NCBI RefSeq assembly: GCF_009914755.1
Contig: NC_060942.1
From: the human T2T-CHM13v2.0 reference genome, Homo sapiens
DNA: 64,000 bases
Direction: 5' to 3' (one strand)
How positions within the stretch are numbered: the first letter of the stretch is position 1; each line of letters starts with the position of its first letter. A model generated the notes under the pieces. That model had not been told where the DNA came from and made no database searches. It saw nothing but the letters and a program-made list of their open reading frames with translations. Made by a program: the position numbers and the translations under genes. Below, piece by piece: positions 46,703-60,094 of this stretch.

Positions 46703-47320
46703 TGTAACATTAGGAAGCAGTTGTCCAAAGACTACCCTCACGTCTGACAACAATTGCAAGTTTGAGGGTTCCCAAGACCACCCTTGCATTTGATAATTCA
46801 CTAGAAAGACTCACAGAACTCAATGAACTCGTATACTCACAATTATGATCTATTATGGCAAAAGGCTACAGATTAAAATCAGCCAAAGGAAGAGGCCCAT
46901 GCAGCAGAGTCCAGGAAAGTTCTAAGCATGGAGCTTCTGGTTGTCTCCTTCCAGTGGAATTAGGTAGAGTGCGACTTTCCCAGTAATTATGTTTGACAAT
47001 ATACACAAAGGATTTCCCACCAGGGAAGCTCACTCAAGCCTCAGTGTTCAGAGCTTTTATTAGGGCTGTATCACTAGGCCCGGTGGAATACGCATGTCAC
47101 GGATCTCAGTCTCCAGCCCCTCCAGAGGTGGAGCTGATACCATGTGACCCAAAGCCCCACCCTAAATCACATTGTTAGACTATCTGGAGTGACCCAAGGC
47201 ACTCAGAGAAACAAAAACATTCCTATCAGGCATGACATTCCAAGGAGTTTAGAGATTACCTCCCAGAAGCCCAGCACACAGAGGAGACCTCTTTTGGGCA
47301 GGGTTACATTCTTTACAACA
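46703..47320 (-). mobile_element. MER21-type LTR
   Basis: GGGTTCCCAAGACCACCC..TTTGATAATTCACTAGAAAGACTCACAGAACTCA and CAGATTAAAATCAGCCAAAGGAAGAGG. Confidence 0.8.
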
Positions 47321-48257
47321 CTTCCTCTGTGTACGCTTCCATTTGCATTTCTAAATCTGTACCTGCTTTGAATCAGAGGAAAAAGATGTCAGACCCTGGT
47401 CCTCTCCTTTCTTTTGGATCAGATTTCTTCGTATCTGGCAGCCAGAGCTCCTGGCATCTAGAACGGTGCTGGCACCTCAGCAGCACTCAGTAAATATTTG
47501 TTGAATGGATGAAATGTGTATGTATGAATGAATATCTTTTAAATACGTGGTGTGAGATTGTGGCCATTCTCTAGTAATATCACGGTGGAATAATTTTTTC
47601 TTTATTTTGGCCTTTGTTCTTTGGTGGATTTCAGAGGGAGTGGTGATGCCCTGTCTCTCGAAGGGGATCCTTTTGTTTTACAGATCAGGAAGCTAACTTC
47701 AGAAAGGATGTCACCGGGCCACTAATGAGGGACAGAGATGGGATTAGAACAGAAGTTTCCCCCAACTTCTAAAATTTCTCTAAGTCAAATGCTTTAGTTT
47801 ATCTTTTTCTTACAAAAATGACAAAATTCTTTCTCTCTAATGAGTTTGTTACCAGACAGCAAAACTCCCTCAGCTGGGACAGCCTGCAGTTGCCCAGCCA
47901 GCCTGTGGTGTTGGTATTAATGAGTCAGAAATCCATCAGTTCCAGGGCTGGAGTAGAATAAAACCGCTAAGGGCCTAGACACTGATTCCACCTTTGAACA
48001 CTGGCAATTCATCGTGTTTGCATTTATTTTGAGACTTGATTGTCTAACTGGATCTCTCAAGTGTTCCATTGTATTTTGGTTTTAAAAGAGAAGTTCCCGC
48101 TTGGGTCAGTAGCCAAGCTCTTGGCATCAGGTACATTCTTCAAAAGGACTTTTTAAAGGTAATGCTTGACCTGACAGTTAAGATTACAATGAAAAGACAG
48201 TAGCAGCAAGCTCAGGAGTCCAGAATAAAAGGTATTAACATAGTGTGTCTTACATGG

Positions 48258-48586
48258 CAGGGGTCCCCAACCCCCGGGCCATGGACCAGTACCCATCCAT
48301 GGCCTGTTAGGAACCAGGTGGCACAGCAGGAGGTGAGCGGTGGGCGAGGGAGCATTACTGCCTGAGCTCCACTTCCTGGCAGATCAGCGGCAGCATTAGA
48401 TTCTCATAGGAGTGCGAACCCTATCGTGAACTGTGCATGTGAGGGATCTGGGTTGCACACTCCTTATGGTGATGATCCAAAGTGAAACAGTTTCATCCCG
48501 AAAACCATCCCTCCATACCCTGGGTCCAGGGAAAAATTGTCTTCCACGAAACTGGTCCCTAGTGCCAAAAAGACTGGGGACTGCTG
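48258..48586 (+). mobile_element. MER1B (hAT-Charlie)
   Basis: TIRs CAGGGGTCCCCAAC and GGGGACTGCTG; internal GCATTAGATTCTCATAGGAG. Confidence 0.9.
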
Positions 48587-48961
48587 TATATGGGGTTGTT
48601 CCCCTGCAACCATCAGTGTCTCCTGAGGTTCCTGTCACATCTCTGACCCAAAACTAACTGCAAGATTGACATTCGCACAGCACTTACTATGTGCCAGGCA
48701 ATATCATAAGTGCCTTGTAGATATTGAACCATTTATTCCTCACAGTGACCTGCAAGCTGCTGTTATTGTCATCATCCCTGCTGGGGAAACTGAAGCACAG
48801 ACAAGTTACGTAACTCATCCATGTTTTCTCGGCTGGTAAATAGATCTAGATTCAAGCACCAGCAGTTCAGTTTAAGTCCAATATATTGCTTCTCTTCTTC
48901 CCACCATGCCCATGTTCATGATTGTAATACCAGTTATATTACATTAAAATAAACATTTAGG

Positions 48962-49480
48962 ATATGTTGGATTTCCATTGCTATGTAACAAATGACCACA
49001 AATGTGGCAGCTTAACACAACACGGATGAGTCATCTCACAGCTTCCCTGGGTCAGGAGTCTAGATACGGTTTAGCTTGGGTCCTCTCTGCAAAGTCTTGC
49101 CAGGTTGAAAGCAAGCTGCAGCCTGAGCTTCCATCTCATCCAAGGCCGGGGTCCTCTTCCAAGCTCACTGGTTGTTGGCAGAATTCAGTTCCCTATGGTT
49201 ATAGGTCTTGCAGTTGCTTCTTCAAGGCCAAGAGAAGAGCATCTTTGCTGCTCTAAATCTCTGACTTCTCAGCCTCTGACTTCCAGACTGTCTTTTGAAG
49301 AGCTCACTTGATTAAGTCAGGCCCACCCAAGATGATCTCCCCTTTAAATAATTGACAGTCAACTGATCAGAGATCTTCATTACATTTACAAAATCTCTTC
49401 ATCTTTGCCGTGCACATACAAGGGGGTCAGGGATGGGGCAGGAATCTTGAGGGCCTTCGAAAATTCTGCCAGTCATAACA
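48962..49480 (-). mobile_element. MLT1-type MaLR LTR
   Basis: ATTGCTATGTAACAAATGACCACAAATGTGGCAGCTTAA...GATTAAGTCAGGCCCACCCAAGATGATCTCCC. Confidence 0.8.
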
Positions 49481-50734
49481 CTGAAGCAGAAAATGTCATG
49501 AAAGGGTAGAGTAGAGGAGGGGTGGGAGTAACAGAGGAGCAATCCTTACATGTACGTATAGGAGCCTCAGGTCTCTCATTAGCAGCAGCTGGTAGAAGCT
49601 ATTCCTTCCTCACCTCCACCACCTCCTTGTGACTACTAACTATCAACACGCTTTGGTGTGACACATGCTGGCTTGACCTGTCTTAGAAAACCTTTGCACT
49701 CTCTTTGCTACCTGCCTCCCCCGACCCCACCCGCCAACTGCAATTCCTTATGCTCTGCCTCAATTCTGCCATGAGCAACTCCACCCCAAGTTGTATGGCC
49801 TTCCCATCCAGGCTGCCAGGGCTGGGTACCCATGAAGGTATGGTGTCATTGAGAGCTGATTAAGGGCAGTAAGTAAAGGTGTTAGCTGTGATATCATCAA
49901 GAGGAAGCTAAGAAAAAAGAGGAAGTGTGCCGGTTTATGTCATCTTGGCTGTTCTGACACATTCTCAAGTGTCTCCAACAGGAGCTTCAGACTCTTAGAA
50001 TGATATTATCGGATGATCGAATAACCATCAAATAAGCTGTTAATCAAAGTGTACTTCTCCTATGAATTACCTTGACCCCTCCCCACTATTTCTTACATAC
50101 CCTTCACAGCGTTTGCCAGACATCATTCCTGCAAATCTGGAGATAGGAAAAAAGTGTGCTGGGGCTGAAGCAATAAACAGCTTTGTCTATGTCATGGGAC
50201 AAAGTCAGTTAAGCTTTTCTAGGAGACAAAGCCTTACAGTGATGAGTCTGCACTTAGCAGCCATGGAGTAAAGGGTTAGGGAAGAGATGTTTGTTTCTTT
50301 GTTAAGCTATAGAGGTCCCTTCTGTTGTTTGATAAGACCAGAAGAGCTAAAAATAAAGCCCGGGAGATGTAATGTAACAGCAGTGAGAACTCTTCTTTGT
50401 TAAAAAAATATCCCCACTGATGAAGCTTCCTGAATGAGAGTGGAAGGAGAGTATGCAAATGATCTAGGGCCAGGAACGACGTCACAGACCTCCATATCCA
50501 CCACCACCCTTTCATCCCCCTGTGTCCAGTCCAGCACTGTGCTTGTGGAATCTGAATAAAGATTGAATTTCCATCTGGAGTTTCCATTGCAGTTTGTTGT
50601 AGATAGTGCTTTTGCCTTTTTGGGGGAGAAGGGGGCTTATGAATTCTTTTCATTCATTCATCCATTCAACCAATATTATTTAATGCTGAAAAAGAGATTA
50701 TTTCTGTTCTTGGGACACTAACAATAGACAAACT

Positions 50735-51173
50735 TTCTTTTTTTAATTTTTACTGTTAAGTTCTGGGGTACATGTGCAGGATGTGCAGGTTACATAGGTA
50801 AACATGTGCCATGGTGGTTTGCTGCACCTATCAACCCATCACCTAGGTGTTAAGCCCAGCATGCATTAGCTCTTTTTCCTAATGCTCTCCTTCCCCCTAC
50901 CCCATCCCCTGACAGGCCCCAGTGTGTGTTGTTCCTCTCCCTGTGTCCATGTGTTCTCATTGTTCAGCTCCCACTTATAAGTGAGAACATGTGGTGTTTG
51001 GTTTTCTGTTCCTGTGTTAGTTTGCTGAGGATAATGGCTTCTAGATCCATCCATGTCCCTGCAAAGGACATGATCTTGTTCCTTTTTAAGGCTGCATAGT
51101 ATTCCATGGTGTATATGTGCCACATTTTCTTTATCCAGTCTATCATTGATGGGCATTTGGGTTGATTCCATGC
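50735..51173 (-). mobile_element. 5'-truncated L1PA (primate LINE-1) 3' end
   Basis: ORF 50964-51224 contains the ORF2p C-terminus (WNQPKCPSMIDWIKKMWHIYTMEYYAA...MFSLISGS*). L1PA 3' UTR present. TSD ATAGACAAA(C/T)TTTCT. Confidence 0.95.
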
Positions 51174-52129
51174 ATAGACAAATTTTCTACCTTTATTATG
51201 GTAGGTAAAACAGAAAGCAAACAATTATATAATGTAATGTAATATATGATGTAGAGTAGTGATAAGTGCTATGAAGTTCTCTTATGAGAGTATGATAAAA
51301 GTTATGGTTCTTGGCTTAAAAAAAAAAAAAAAAAAAGAAGTTGGATTCAATGTTGCCTAGAATTTCCAGAGGGTCATATATCCTCTGAATCCTGTCCACA
51401 GAGCTACTCTCTAGCAGTGGCTCTCAAGCCCAGTTAAAGTGTGATTTAGTAGTACTGATATGAGGTCTTAGAGCCTTTATTTTTTTAAGTTCCACTGGCG
51501 ATTCTACTGCACATTGTTCTAAAGGGTCTGATTTTAACCCACATTATAAAAAAGAAAAGAATAGACAAATGTAATTTACAGAAGGCTTACAAAGAAAGAC
51601 AAGCATACCTACAAGACACCTAGCCAAAGGCCTGCACTGAGCTCTTCAGAATTTAGAGTCCAGTGGCCTGTGCTAAAAGGCTTTCCAGCCTTGGGAGACA
51701 AGGTCCAGTGTGCCTCTGAGGCCATCTGTATTTGCTTAAGCCCATCCTTTAATGCAGTACTCCTCCCCCTACCTTTTTAAAAACTCATGTCCCGCCCCTT
51801 TGGATCCAAATTAAAACCTCATCTTTTTCTGGATATTCTGAAATAAAGTCCTTGGTGGAGTGTAATCCCCAAGAGAGAAGTGCTGTATTTTCAGTGTAAC
51901 CTTATAAACTAAGACCGTTCAGCCTTGTTTTCTAAAATGTTCATTATAAAAGTACCAAGATTAAGATTATATGTTGGTGTTTGCCATACTTTTCTAATAC
52001 ATACCATATAATTATGTCATTCTACCTCTTTGCCCCTTTTCTGGTATCTCTCACCAAATGTAAGGCTTTGTAGCTTATGATTAAGGCTATGCATTTCTGT
52101 TCTCTGTTCTATTGTGATTTCTAGGTAGA

Positions 52130-54640
52130 AGAATAAGTAGATGGGAGAAGGGAGGGAGAATCTGAACAGCAGGGATTCTTGTGTAAAGATGCAAACATTT
52201 GTTTTCATTCCCCCCTGAAACCCGATGAGAGTGCCAGTAAAGGGATTTTTAAAGGCACAGACCCACATCAGTGGGGAAATGGGAGAGTAGAAAACAGCAA
52301 CAACACTTGACACTGGAAAAGCAGCTAGATAAGGGGTAATTTACTTAGCAGACCCAAGAAAACGGAGAGAAAATGGAATCCTAAGCCAACAGTGCAGAAT
52401 GTGAGAAACCAACTCACTTTGTGAGCCAGAACCCCCATAAGGCTTGAGAGTAGGCGGCACCAGGCACTTCTGGAAGTGGAGGTGAGAGTGACGGGTGCTA
52501 AAATTAGGAGAATTGGTTTATGGTCTGTTTATGAAGCAGTCACATCTCCACATTTCTTCCCCAAGTCCGGGCAGCCAGGTTCTCCCCCATTCTGGACAAA
52601 GATGGGAGACAGTAACACCAAGGGTCTCTGGTCTAGGAGAGGCAGGCACTGTAGAGAACAAGGATGGTGAAGTCCCCAGAAGCCATGTCTCCACTCCCCC
52701 AAATCTGTTGGCCAGACCTTCACCCTTTAAGCAGGAGCTCAGTAGAGTCCTCTTTGATCATCTGACCTGCCCCAGAGAATAGACCTAAAGAGACTGATAC
52801 GGAAGTTCCACAAGGAAAAGATTCAAACACACTAAGATGAAGTTTGCAGCTGACAAGTTTATGTACAGCCCAGAGCTTCCAGTAAGATTATTTGTCCACT
52901 GGACCTAAACACAAACAACATCCCTATTTCTTAAAATGGAGATAACAATGTCCCTATCGCATAGGGATGGATGGATGCGAGAGATGGATCCATCTCTCAC
53001 ATAGAGACGGATAAATGGACAAGCTGAGAATTACCAGACATCTAAAGAAATCCTCTAATGTGAACAATAGAGACCAAAACAAATAGAAAATAAAGTTGCT
53101 TAGAGGCTCTGCTACTTAGAACAAGAACCAACACCACCCCATCCTCATTCATATAAATACAGCTATATATTTATATGGAAATAGATATTCATAATATGTT
53201 AAAGTGTGTGTATTTAATACATATTCACATACACATATACACAAAGAGTTGCTGGAAATTTAAAAGACAAGAGTAAATCTGAGAAACTTAACAGGAACTT
53301 GGAAGTTAAAATTGAGGATATCTCCCAGAAAGCAAAGCAAAAAGTTAAAAGGGTAAAAAATTGGACAGAAAAGAGAAAATAATGAAACAAGTCCAGGAGT
53401 TCTGATAATCAAGTATAGAAACTCCAGAAAGTGAGAGGAAGGAAAAAATAGAGGAGAGGAAATCAAAGAAATTAGTTCCATAACATTTCCCAGACCTGAT
53501 ACATTTTCTGGACTGGAAAGGCCGTGAGTGTCAAAATGGACCCACACAGAGGTAGATGACTGGAAATTTCAAAACACTGGATTCAACTGGATCCTGCCAT
53601 TTCCAGGGAGAAGAAAATCAGGTGTAAAATAATTGAGAATCAGGATGGCAGAAGGTCACTCAACAGCAACAGCAGAAGCAAGAAGGCAATGGAAGTTGGC
53701 ATGGTGGCGCATACCTATAATCCCAGCAATTTGAGAGGCTGAAGCAGGTGGATTGCTTGAGCCTAGGAGTTCGAGACCAGCCTGGGCAACATGGCAAAAG
53801 GGGTTGCATTCGTGGAACCTGGACAATTACATAAATGTGAAAACGAGGTAACTATTCTTGTAAGAACAAAAAGCACAGGAAAGTAAAGGTAACCACAGTC
53901 TAGTTCATGGCTCAGGTATAGACAGCTTTTGCCTCATCATAATAATGTAAAGGACAGAGTCTATCCCCTGCATCTGCGGATTCAGCCAACTGCAGATCCA
54001 AAATATCTGGCAATAGAAAGAATAAAAAATAATAATACAACAATAAAAAATACAGATAAAAACCAATACAGTTTACCGACTATTTACATAGCATTTACCT
54101 TGCATGAGATATTATAAGTAATCTAGAGATTATATAAACTGCACGGAAGGATGTGCACAGGTTATATGCAAATACTACACCAGTTTCTATCAGGGGTTAA
54201 GCATCTGCGGAGTTTGGAACCCTCAGGGATGCTGAAACGGATCCCCTGAGGATATCGAGGGATAACTCTATTGTTCTGACCCAAATTACATTGTTATTGA
54301 AGTGAGAAGGAGGGAGTTGGGAAGACAGCCTGTATGTTGTAGGCACAGCAGGGAGGAAAGAGAGCTAAGTGCTGTCATCCACAATAGAACGTACCTAAAT
54401 GATGGTTAAAACAGGTAAAAGCAAAAAGTAAAACTCAGGGATATTATCTAGAGGCATAAATGTAAATACCAAAATAATCAGCAGAGAGGATAAAATAGTT
54501 GCTTCTGGAAAGAGAGAAATTAGAGGTGGTGAACAATGGACTGCTGGTTTTTTTTAATAACAAAACTAGAAGTATTTGGTTTTATAAAAATATATTGTGT
54601 GTATATAGAATAAAAATAGAAACTTAACAAAAATGTGTTT
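52130..54640 (+). mobile_element. Degenerate old L1 (5'/ORF1 and 3' pieces) with a nested Alu monomer (53697-53798) and MER2 (~53955-54268)
   Basis: L1 ORF1-like A-rich text at 53260-53690; FLAM-like arm; MER2 motifs AAGTAATCTAGAG and AGGTTATATGCAAATACTACAC. Confidence 0.65.
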
Positions 54641-55083
54641 TAATGTATCAAATACAGAGTAACTGTATCTTTTCCTTTCACACACAAGTGGGGCCGAACC
54701 CCACAGGTCTAGGTGATCTGGAAACACCCAGACCAGCTAGTTGAGTTGCTGCAGCTGTTGTTGCTGTCATCTTTTTTTTTCCACTTGCATTTACTAAAGG
54801 CAAAATCCTATGTGTGACCTTTCAGGCCTGACCTCAGGCAATTGCAGAGACGTTACCAGGCAGGCCCCAAGGGAAAAGCTGCTCTGGCACACCAGAGTTG
54901 CAGTACAGCCTGGAGGAAGTTGCAGTCAAGGACTCAGCCCCGAGGGTTAAGTAGCACCCGCATTGTTACTCTTCTCTTAGATTTCAGAGATGTTTTCCCT
55001 GCCCTGCTTCCTATCTTATCTTGATTCCCTCTGTTGAGTTTGGTCTCTAGGAAATCCCTGCCTCAGACAAAGGTGTGCCCCTA

Positions 55084-55439
55084 TGATATGGTTTGTCTGT
55101 GTCTCTACCCAAATCTCATCTTGAATTGTAGCTCCCACAATTCCCACATGTTGTGGGAAGCACCTGGTGAGAGGTAATCAAATCATGGGTCAGGTCTTTC
55201 CTGTGCTATTCTCGTGATAGTGAATAAGTCTCACAAGATCTGATGGTTATGTAAAAGGGAGTTTCCCTGCACAAATTCTCTCTCTTGCCTGCCACCATGT
55301 AAGACGTGCCTTTCGCCTTCCACCATGATTGTGAGGCCTCCCCAGCCACATGGAACTGTGAGTTCATTAAACCTTTTTCTTTATAAATTACCCAGTCTTG
55401 GGTATGTCTTTGTCAGCAGGGTGAGGACAGACTAATACA
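55084..55439 (+). mobile_element. THE1 solo LTR (MaLR)
   Basis: Complete LTR, TGATATGGTTTG.CTGTGTC...CAGACTAATACA. Confidence 0.92.
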
Positions 55440-56584
55440 CTCTGGTACATGCAAAGCTGCACATCTTGTGCTTTCCCTTCCCATAGAGGGGCCTCAGCAC
55501 CCACATCCAGCAAATGAAGGTGCTGGGCTAGCTCTTGTTGAAGGGTCTCTGGATGCAGCTGGAAAGTTACCAACAAATACAGCTCCTCTCCTGAACTCCT
55601 GCTGTGTTTATATTACCTTACCCAATGACTTAACATTTGCTATTAATACATCCTCACCTAAAGATGAGTTCTGTTGTTTTGTTTTGGGGTGTGTGTGTGT
55701 GTGTGGAGGGGCGGGGGTGGGCAGAGACAGAGACAAAGACAGAATTTGGGCTTGTCTCTTCTAAGGAGATAAAAATAGCCTTGAGGACAGAGACCCACCT
55801 TGTATCACTGTGCCCCACAGCATACTGGACATCCAGTCTGTGATATGGGACAATTCTGTAAAGGAATAATGATGTAGACAATTTCTGTGGGATAGGTAGG
55901 AAAAAGTTGCTCCTAATCCTCAGTTTTGTTCACTGCTATGTCCCCAGCACCGAGAACAGTGCCTGGCACATAGTAAGTACTCAAAAAATATTTGTTGGAT
56001 GAAGGAATGAATGCACCTAAAAGGAAGACTAAACTGGGACTTGGTGGCTAGAAATACAGAAATATTTTGGAACTCATAGAACAAGCTGTTGTTGCCCCCC
56101 CGAGTAAGTGACTGGAAGTAGGAGAAGGGAGATATCCCAAACTCTCCACCTTCTTCTCATTGAGATTCCCAAGGGCAGAGTGTAAATAGTGAAACCTTGC
56201 AGGAGGATGGGTTAGCTAAGTATTTATAGCCTTCCAATATGCATTACCAACTGTTTCCTGTCTAAGAACTTTTTCCCTAAAGAAATATAGCAAGTAAGCA
56301 CAAGGTGAATAAATAAGGACTTTACGGCAGCATGATTTATAACAGAAAAATTGTGAACAACCAAAGTGTTTATTAATAAGGTATTGGTCACAGGAAAAGA
56401 TTTACTATATGTTGCTTAATGAGGAAAGTGAGACAAAATGATACATGCCTTTCTTTTGTGATATATGTGTGTGCATATATATATTTATGTAGATACATAC
56501 AAATATGTATACCTATATGCATGGAAAAACACTGGAAAGATACATATGAAATGATTACAGTATAAGAGAATTAAAGTCTGGTTT

Positions 56585-56901
56585 TTGTTTTTTGTCTCTG
56601 TACTTTTTTCCTTTTTTTTTCGAGACAGGATCTCGCTCTGTCATCTGGGCTGGAATGCAGTGATATGGTGTTGTCTCACTGCAGCCTTGAACTCCCAGGC
56701 TAAGCTATCCTCCCATCTCAGTCTCCCTAGTAGCTGGGAGTATAGGCATGCACCACCACATTTGGCTAATTTTTGTATTTTTTGTAGAGACGAGGTTTTG
56801 CCATGTTGCCCAGGCTGGTCTTTAACTCCAGGGCTCAAGCATCCATGTGCCTTGGCCTCCCGAAGGGTTGGGATTACAGGTGTGAGCCACCATGCCCGGC
56901 C
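56585..56901 (-). mobile_element. AluJ
   Basis: Reverse Alu with CACTGCAGCCTTGAACTCCCAGGCT and TTGCCCAGGCTGG. Confidence 0.92.
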
Positions 56902-58206
56902 TGCTTTTCCATATTTTAAAAGTTTGCATTGCTTCTCTATTCAGGGGAAAATATATTTTATTCCTTTGAATGACATCATATGGCAACGTTTTATATGGAA
57001 GTTTATATCAACAACAACATCGGTGAATACACCTAATACAGATACCCTCACAGACAGCAAGAGTGCACTACTCCAGCCCTCTGTACCCGTTTTGAGATAA
57101 GTGGAGGTTTATTCTGGGCATACTTAATAACTAAAGATGTGTGATTCTGAATGATGTGCCAAATAACTTGAAAGAATATAACTTGTCCATCAGGGGATAT
57201 AGACATTCAAGTGACGGGTATCAAAACTGAGCCTGTCTTTAATGGTGAGGGGACTGGACTGGGAGAGGAGGGACTTAGGCAGGGAGAAGAGGAGGAGCAA
57301 ACAGAAGCTCCAAGCCAAGTGGAGGCAGACACCTCATTAAACTTTTACTGAGCGTGCTCCACTCTATAGCAGGTGCTCTGAAAGATATTAGAGAAGCCAA
57401 AGATGAATTTATAGTCTAATTAAAAAGACAAGCCTAGCACTTATAAAACCTTTAAAGACAACAGCTAGACTGCACTGTTTATAATTAGTGCTAAAGAGTG
57501 AGATTCAGATGAGTGATCTGATAATAGTCTAGATTTTAAATATTTTAAGATGCTTTGGATATGTATATATGTATATATATTTTTAAACAATTTCATTAAA
57601 CATTCAAATAGGCTAAAAAAACAAGCAAAGGTTGAACATTGGAATAATATGACAAATTTTGGTATCCATACAATTTCACATATAACCTCTTGGTAAGGAT
57701 GTTCCAAGAGATTAGCATCTGAACAGGAAAGATGTGTGAGTGTTTAATCTGTAAGATTAGCAGACAATGGCGCTGAGGCCCCTTTTCTCCTAGGAAAGGC
57801 TTGATGGACAGGAAAGATCTATAAGGCCTAGTGACTCAAGGTGCAGAGGCTGTTAATGGATTTACTGAGGAAGGAGGGGGAAGGAATATAGAGTTTTCAG
57901 GATCCTGGATGTGACAGGAATTGGTACACAATGGTAAGGCTGGAATCTGCTGTGCATTCTGGGGCCCTTGGACCTACATGTGGGTGCTGGGGACTTCATG
58001 CTGCTCCAGGGCCCCTCCTTGTTCCCAGACTTTCCATATCCTGCACCTGACCCAACAAGGAAATAGCCATTTATTCAGGAATTACAGAGTGTAGTATTAG
58101 GATTATCCTCCTCAATATCAAAATAATACCTGTTCATGAGATGACTTAGCAAATACAGAAAAGAGTCAAAGGAAGAAATAAAAGTCATCTGTAATTTTCC
58201 TTCAGC

Positions 58207-58335
58207 TAGAGTTTGCCAGATTTAGCAAAGAAAAATAGCCGTGCAATGTTTGGGAGATATATGCATACCAAAAGTTATTGTTTATCTCTAGTTCAAACTT
58301 CATTGGGTGCCCTGCCTGTTATCTGGCAACCTTAC
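58207..58335. mobile_element. MER53-like hAT MITE
   Basis: Terminal inverted repeats TTGCCAGAT and ATCTGGCAA; internal TTTGGGA.AT. Confidence 0.65.
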
Positions 58336-60050
58336 CCTCAGAGTAATCCCAACAGTGGGCTCCACTCGCCCCCTCCATTTCCCAGTCTCTTCAGTCTTGA
58401 CCATCTTCTTTACCACAGTGGATTCTGTGCCTCAAAGCAAGTTTATCTGAATCCCCATGAAAGCGCTGGGGTTTCCAATGCTACTGCTTCTCTCCGAAGT
58501 TCCACCTCACATCCAGCCTCCCCAAGAGTATCGGCAGCACCTCCCATCTCCTAGCAGGGCTGGATTTGTCCTGGCACTGCCCCTCTGCCAGCCCTTGAGA
58601 CAGTGGGTTGGGGGTGTCTGTCACAGCCACAGAGGGTCCTTGTTTCTGGGCTCACCTGACATCTGATGCTGCCTGAGGCCAGGTGAGTCAATGTCATCCC
58701 CCTGGGAAGAAGCAGAGTCCCTTGCCTCTAAGCCAGATGCCTGACCCAGTTCACTCCCACGAGGCCACAGCCAGCCTCCAACATGTGGTCAGACTGGTTC
58801 CCCCTTCAGGAACTTTCAACCTGGCAGCCCTACACTACCAACGAGGAAACAGACCCAGCCTGCCTTTGGCCCTCTGCTGTGTATCCAGTCCCGGGGCCAG
58901 GTTCCTGCAGTTCCAACCCTTTGAAACCTCCTCCTTGTCTCCCTCCTCTCTCCAGCTCGGTAAATCTCCTTTACCTCAAGTCGAGGCCACCTTCTCTGGC
59001 ATCCATCTTCCTAAGCCCATGACATCCCCCACACCTCCCTCAGGGATGCAGGGCCCTTTAAGCCCTGCTTAGGAAAGGGACTGTCAAGGATTAATGACCT
59101 ACAAAGTGGTGGGGTAGAGATGGGGATGAGGAAAGGGGGTCAAAAGGAGGGGAGATACCATCAGGGTTATCTTCTTTCTCTTTCCTTCTATATTAGGCAA
59201 GATCTATTTACTTTGCTTTTAACAAAGAGTATTTTGGGCACTCCAATTCCTTGCCACATGCCTGCCTACAACCTGTCTATATTTTGCATATCATCATAGG
59301 GTTTTGCATCTCCCATACTTTGGACAAATTGTTTTGTTTTAATAAATGGCTGTGCTTCAGGGACATTTATGTCAGAATATCATTTCCTTTTTCTAACTTT
59401 AGTAAAGACAAGCAAACCTTGCTGAAAACCCGGTTAATCAATAGGGCTTGGAAAAAAAAAACCCCACCTAGGGTCATTCCTAAAGCAGTCCCTGTCAATT
59501 CTGCTTTCAAGATATTGACACATGCAAGTGCTTAGTAAACCAAAGCCGTTTTCCCACTGAATTAAACAGGTGCTCACTAAAATAATTACCTGGTTTCACA
59601 GGAACATGCTATTGACCCCAATCTCAAATTCAACTCTGTAAATGCCTGGCATTCAAGGAAGTATTCCTAAATGTAATCCTTTAATCCACCTTAATCTCTA
59701 CTCCCACCTCATTTGATCACTGAAATGGAGAAGTCAATCATTGCTCTCCGTTCACCAGCCAAAGCCCAGCAAGAGTGACTTCAGCCTTCCCAGGATAAGC
59801 CTCCCAGGAAAGGGTTAATTCTGAGAAGGGTGTTCAAAGTAGCTCCAGCAACAAAATCATTTATTTGCTCCTGATTCATTTAGAGTTTAGTACCACCACC
59901 AGAAATGAAACTAAAATAAGCAAAGAGTCAACAGTTTGGTACAAATAGCTGCATTTTATGACATCTTTTATTTTTTCTTTGTTGTTTTTTTAAAAAAGGA
60001 TGCACCTTTTTTTTTATTTAAAAAAAGGATGCACCTACTCTTTGTTTAAA

Positions 60051-60094
60051 ACACACACACACACACACGCACGCACGCACGCACACACACACAC
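60051..60094 (+). repeat. Compound microsatellite (CA)n(CGCA)n(CA)n
   Basis: Directly visible. Confidence 0.95.

Noticed and set aside
50866-51224. ORFs with real protein similarity (L1 ORF2p C-terminus)
   Set aside because: Fragment of a truncated L1PA insertion, not a gene.
55175-55185. DUX4-like site TAATCAAATCA in the THE1 LTR
   Set aside because: Deviates from the TAAYBBAATCA consensus at position 6 and is a generic feature of this LTR family.
59989-60036. Direct repeat TTTAAAAAAGGATGCACCT x2 around a T-run, resembling a tail-only retro-insertion
   Set aside because: Poor L1 endonuclease site in the required orientation; simple slippage duplication explains it.
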